Positions 7,641-9,915 of a stretch of 9,915 nt of DNA are shown in pieces. Source of the stretch: Octopus sinensis (Eukaryota); assembly GCF_006345805.1 (NCBI RefSeq), contig NW_021827678.1, positions 1-9,915 on the forward strand. The letters run 5' to 3'. The notes under the pieces are model-generated. The model saw only the letters and a list, made by a program, of their open reading frames with translations. It was not told the DNA's origin and searched no databases. Every line of letters begins with the position of its first letter. Within the stretch, counting starts at the first letter, position 1. The position numbers and the translations under genes are program-made.

Positions 7641-8600
7641 ATTATTATTCTCGTTGTTTTTGTTTGAGCGGTATTTCCGTCTCCCAACTTGAGTCTCACG
7701 CCATGGCAATCCTCAGGCAAGAACCGCTGTTACTCGTTACATCTGCTATTATATAAGCATCAATCAGTTGTATGACTATTGTTTGTGCTTCTTGATTTCA
7801 TTGGTCGGCCTCGTGTATTGCATTTATTGGGAGGGCATTGTAAATGCTTATTTCGTTGTTTTTCTCTAATATTTTACTACGGTTCTTTTCTTCTCTCTCT
7901 CTCTTGTTTTTGTTTGCTTTTTACTGGCAATTCACTGATTGCTTGCATTTTGCTTCTATTGTACTGTTTGTTATGATAAATCTATTTCTCTAAAACTAAT
8001 AATCATTATTTAGGGATTTCATTTCCTTCTCAATGTCGTGGTGAATAATTCCTGCTTAGCAAATTCGCTTCATTATTTTATGGAACGGATTATTTAGATT
8101 TGCATCTTTCTTTTATTTTTCGGCAGAAGCATTATATTTTCGTGCTGACTGATTTTCAATGAAAAGCATGTTTTAATTTACGGTCCGATAGCCAGGCATC
8201 TTCATTTTGTTTTTACGCTCTGGTAGGTTCAGTATTTAAGAATGTGATATTCTCCATGTTTATACAAATGCATTTTTGCCTGTATGTGTTCAAGTAGTGT
8301 GTTGCTTACGCATACATATTTAGCTGTTTAATGTTTGAGCCCTTTCAATGCTTGTGCATGTATTTTGGTTTCGTTGATTCTGCGGTCTTACTATCCTGTC
8401 AGCGTTGTCACAATGCATAGCTTGTTTGCTATATTGTTCCTTTTATTAAACCGGTGTGCTGTGTGTGCCTATGTAGTATTTTTCAGTGAAACAAGAGTGG
8501 TATGACTGTGACCAGTTGTATATCTATGTATTCTTATACCTACAGATTATCTGGCACCAAGTGTTTGTATTTGATCTTCTATATGTATGTGCCTCTATCT
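7641..8600 (-). mobile_element. Probable second decayed Penelope-like element: endonuclease C terminus, 3' region and hammerhead-bearing end
   Basis: Minus: W..II (8559), YN.....CFTEKYYI (C at 8493), frameshift, FNKRNNIANK/.MH (8450-8413), resembling the Neptune-type C terminus C.LCL.EK..I....LNKR.E...KC.H. A-rich minus strand continues to a decayed hammerhead at 7680-7722. Continuity of the middle is inferred. Confidence 0.5.
7680..7722 (-). ncRNA. Decayed minimal type I hammerhead ribozyme motif
   Basis: Minus: TCTTGC CTGAGGA TTGCCATGGCGT GAGAC TCAA GT T GGGAGA. CUGANGA is intact, stem II hairpin present, GAAA reads GAGA, stem III AC/GT, stem I partly paired. Confidence 0.5.
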
Positions 8601-8619
8601 ATATATCTATCTATCTATA

Positions 8620-8703
<84 letters not shown>

Positions 8704-8716
8704 ATCTATCTATCTA
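8595..8716. repeat. (TATC)n tetranucleotide array
   Basis: Perfect ATCT repeats from about 8621 to 8703; source of the LSIY ORFs. Confidence 0.97.
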
Positions 8717-8724
8717 CTATCCTC

Positions 8725-8916
8725 TTATATAATATTGGCGATTCTTTTGGAAATCTTTTCCTCGGTCTTCCCTTCTCTGGATCTTTCCTTCTCCTATGTT
8801 TCCAACGAAGAGCCCGCTCGAAACGTTAACCCTCCTTCTTTTCCTTCTTTCTTGTTTCACGTTCCCGTCTGCGCGTTGTTGTGTTTTTTTTGTGCTTTCT
8901 TGTTTGGATTAACTTT
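8725..8916 (+). mobile_element. Penelope pLTR-like segment with decayed hammerhead
   Basis: Pyrimidine-rich island between (TATC)n and (TA)n containing GTTT CCAACGA A GAGC CC GCTC GAAA CGTT AAC; boundaries approximate. Confidence 0.55.
8798..8830 (+). ncRNA. Decayed minimal hammerhead ribozyme motif
   Basis: Core CUGANGA reads CCAACGA (8802-8808); stem II GAGC/GCTC (8810-8819); GAAA 8820-8823; palindromic AACGTT stem III region; short stem I. Confidence 0.5.
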
Positions 8917-9083
8917 ATATATATATATGTATATATATATCAATCTATTTGTATACCTATCTATCTATTTATCTATCTGTCTCTCTGTCTATTCACCAGT
9001 CCATCCATCCGTCCACCTATCTATCTATCTATCTGTCTATCCATCCATCCAACCATCCATCTATCTATCTATCTATCTATATA
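8917..9083. repeat. (TA)n / (CTAT)n / (CCAT)n compound microsatellite
   Basis: Direct inspection. Confidence 0.9.
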
Positions 9084-9179
9084 CCGGAGTAAACACATAA
9101 ATGTGAAACAAGGTGGAAAAAAGAGTACTCAAATACCAGTGGTAGAGTAATATGCTTTATTTAAAGCAGCAGAAAATTC

Positions 9180-9230
9180 AACAAAATCTGTTACTCTGAG
9201 TTTCTCGTTGCCGTTCATCAGACAGTTTTA
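9180..9230 (-). ncRNA. Minimal type I hammerhead ribozyme (mirror copy)
   Basis: Exact reverse complement of the plus-strand motif; core CTGATGA at plus 9215-9221; predicted cleavage between 9192 and 9191; AATAAA at plus 9156-9161. Confidence 0.75.
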
Positions 9231-9283
9231 AGCAAAACTGTCTGATGAACGGCAACGAGAAACTCAGAGTAACAGATTTTGTT
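9231..9283 (+). ncRNA. Minimal type I hammerhead ribozyme
   Basis: Stem I CAAAA-CTGT (9233-9241) pairs with ACAG-A-TTTTG (9272-9281); CTGATGA 9242-9248; stem II A-CG-GCAA-CG-A 9249-9258; GAAA 9259-9262; stem III ACTC-A-GAGT 9262-9270; GUA triplet, predicted cleavage after 9271. Confidence 0.78.
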
Positions 9284-9312
9284 GAATTTTCTGCTGCTTT
9301 AATAAAGCATAT

Positions 9313-9530
9313 CTATATATATAATATATATATATATAATATATATATAATATATTATATATCTTTATCTCTCTGTCTTCTCTCTCTCTCTCTTCTCCCT
9401 CTCTGTATGCTTATCTGTCTGCCAGTCTGTCGTTCTGAATGTCGGCCTGTCAGTATATCAGGTATGTTTATCTGTTTAATTGTATCTCGGTCGGTCTGTA
9501 GGACTGTCAGTCTTTTTGCTTGTTGGTGAT
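9313..9530. repeat. (TA)n, (CT)n and degenerate (TCTG)n low complexity
   Basis: Direct inspection. Confidence 0.8.
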
Positions 9531-9534
9531 GTCG

Positions 9535-9915
9535 ATCATGGTGGTGGTGGTGGTGGTGTTGTTTTCGATCATAGTGGTGGTGGTGATGATGATGATGAAG
9601 ATGAAGACGGCAATGACAACGACGGCGATGACGATGACGGTGATTACCAGGTAGATAAGGAGGAGGAGGAGATGGAAGCAGAAGAAGACGACGACGATAT
9701 GGACGAGGAGGAGAAGGAGACGGAGGAAGAAGCGGACGAGGATATGGAAGTGCAGGTGGAAGAGCAGGTGGAAGAGCAGAAGAAGAAGAAGAAGAAGAAG
9801 AAGAAGAAGAAGAAGAAGAAGAAGAAGAAAAAGAAGAGGAGAATGGGAGGAGGAAAAGGAGGAGAAAGTGGAGAAGGGGAGGAAGACTAGGAGGAAGAGG
9901 ACGAGGAGAAGAATG
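9535..9915. repeat. Purine-rich trinucleotide series (GGT, GAT/GAC, GAG, AAG)
   Basis: Successive triplet arrays; pure (AGA)n 9778-9828; runs off the window end. Confidence 0.92.

Larger units (their letters stand above)
9084..9312. mobile_element. Penelope pLTR-like element with inverted partial duplication (palindrome 9150-9312)
   Basis: Arms 9150-9229 and 9234-9312 are reverse complements (69 bp perfect, one extra T at 9160, then 10 bp perfect), spacer AAGC. The minus-strand copy extends a further 66 bp to 9084. Minimal hammerheads are an established feature of PLE pLTRs. Confidence 0.8.

Noticed and set aside
8170-8205. Minus-strand ATGAAGA...CCGTAAAT as a further hammerhead
   Set aside because: Both core motifs mismatch and stems I and III cannot be drawn.
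8486-9150. LSIY-repeat ORFs up to 204 aa
   Set aside because: (TATC)n translations.
9150-9312. Palindrome as a MITE, pre-miRNA or CRISPR repeat
   Set aside because: One arm continues as unique element sequence, unlike symmetric TIRs; the stem is too long and perfect for a pre-miRNA; there is no repeat-spacer array.
9480-9890. 136-aa Gly/Asp/Glu/Lys-rich ORF resembling an acidic nuclear protein
   Set aside because: Built from successive triplet arrays, starts in TCTG low complexity, no domain or convincing splice context; a low-complexity exon cannot be fully excluded without RNA data.

Overview
Repeat-dense eukaryotic non-coding DNA with no supportable host gene, RNA gene or CRISPR array. 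Almost every ORF in the supplied track is a translation of microsatellite or the antisense shadow of a dead retroelement. The SINE families resemble Octopus repeats as I recall them, so a coleoid cephalopod source is inferred, not verified. Between the microsatellites (GTT/ATT, GAT, TA, GT, GATA, AAG) lie: four copies of one tRNA-derived SINE (family A, two alternative 3' tails, one copy with an 18-bp TSD), a second tRNA-SINE with a partial tandem copy, a degraded third SINE, a TA-flanked Tc1/mariner (Tigger/pogo-like) MITE, two 3' fragments of R4/Dong-like RLE non-LTR retrotransposons, two decayed Penelope-like (Neptune-type GIY-YIG) coding remnants, and three Penelope pLTR-like segments carrying hammerhead ribozyme motifs. 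The standout is 9150-9312: an 80/79-bp near-perfect palindrome (4-nt spacer) in which each arm carries an identical minimal type I hammerhead ribozyme followed by AATAAA, so the ribozyme is encoded on both strands. All alignments were done by eye; no database search was run.
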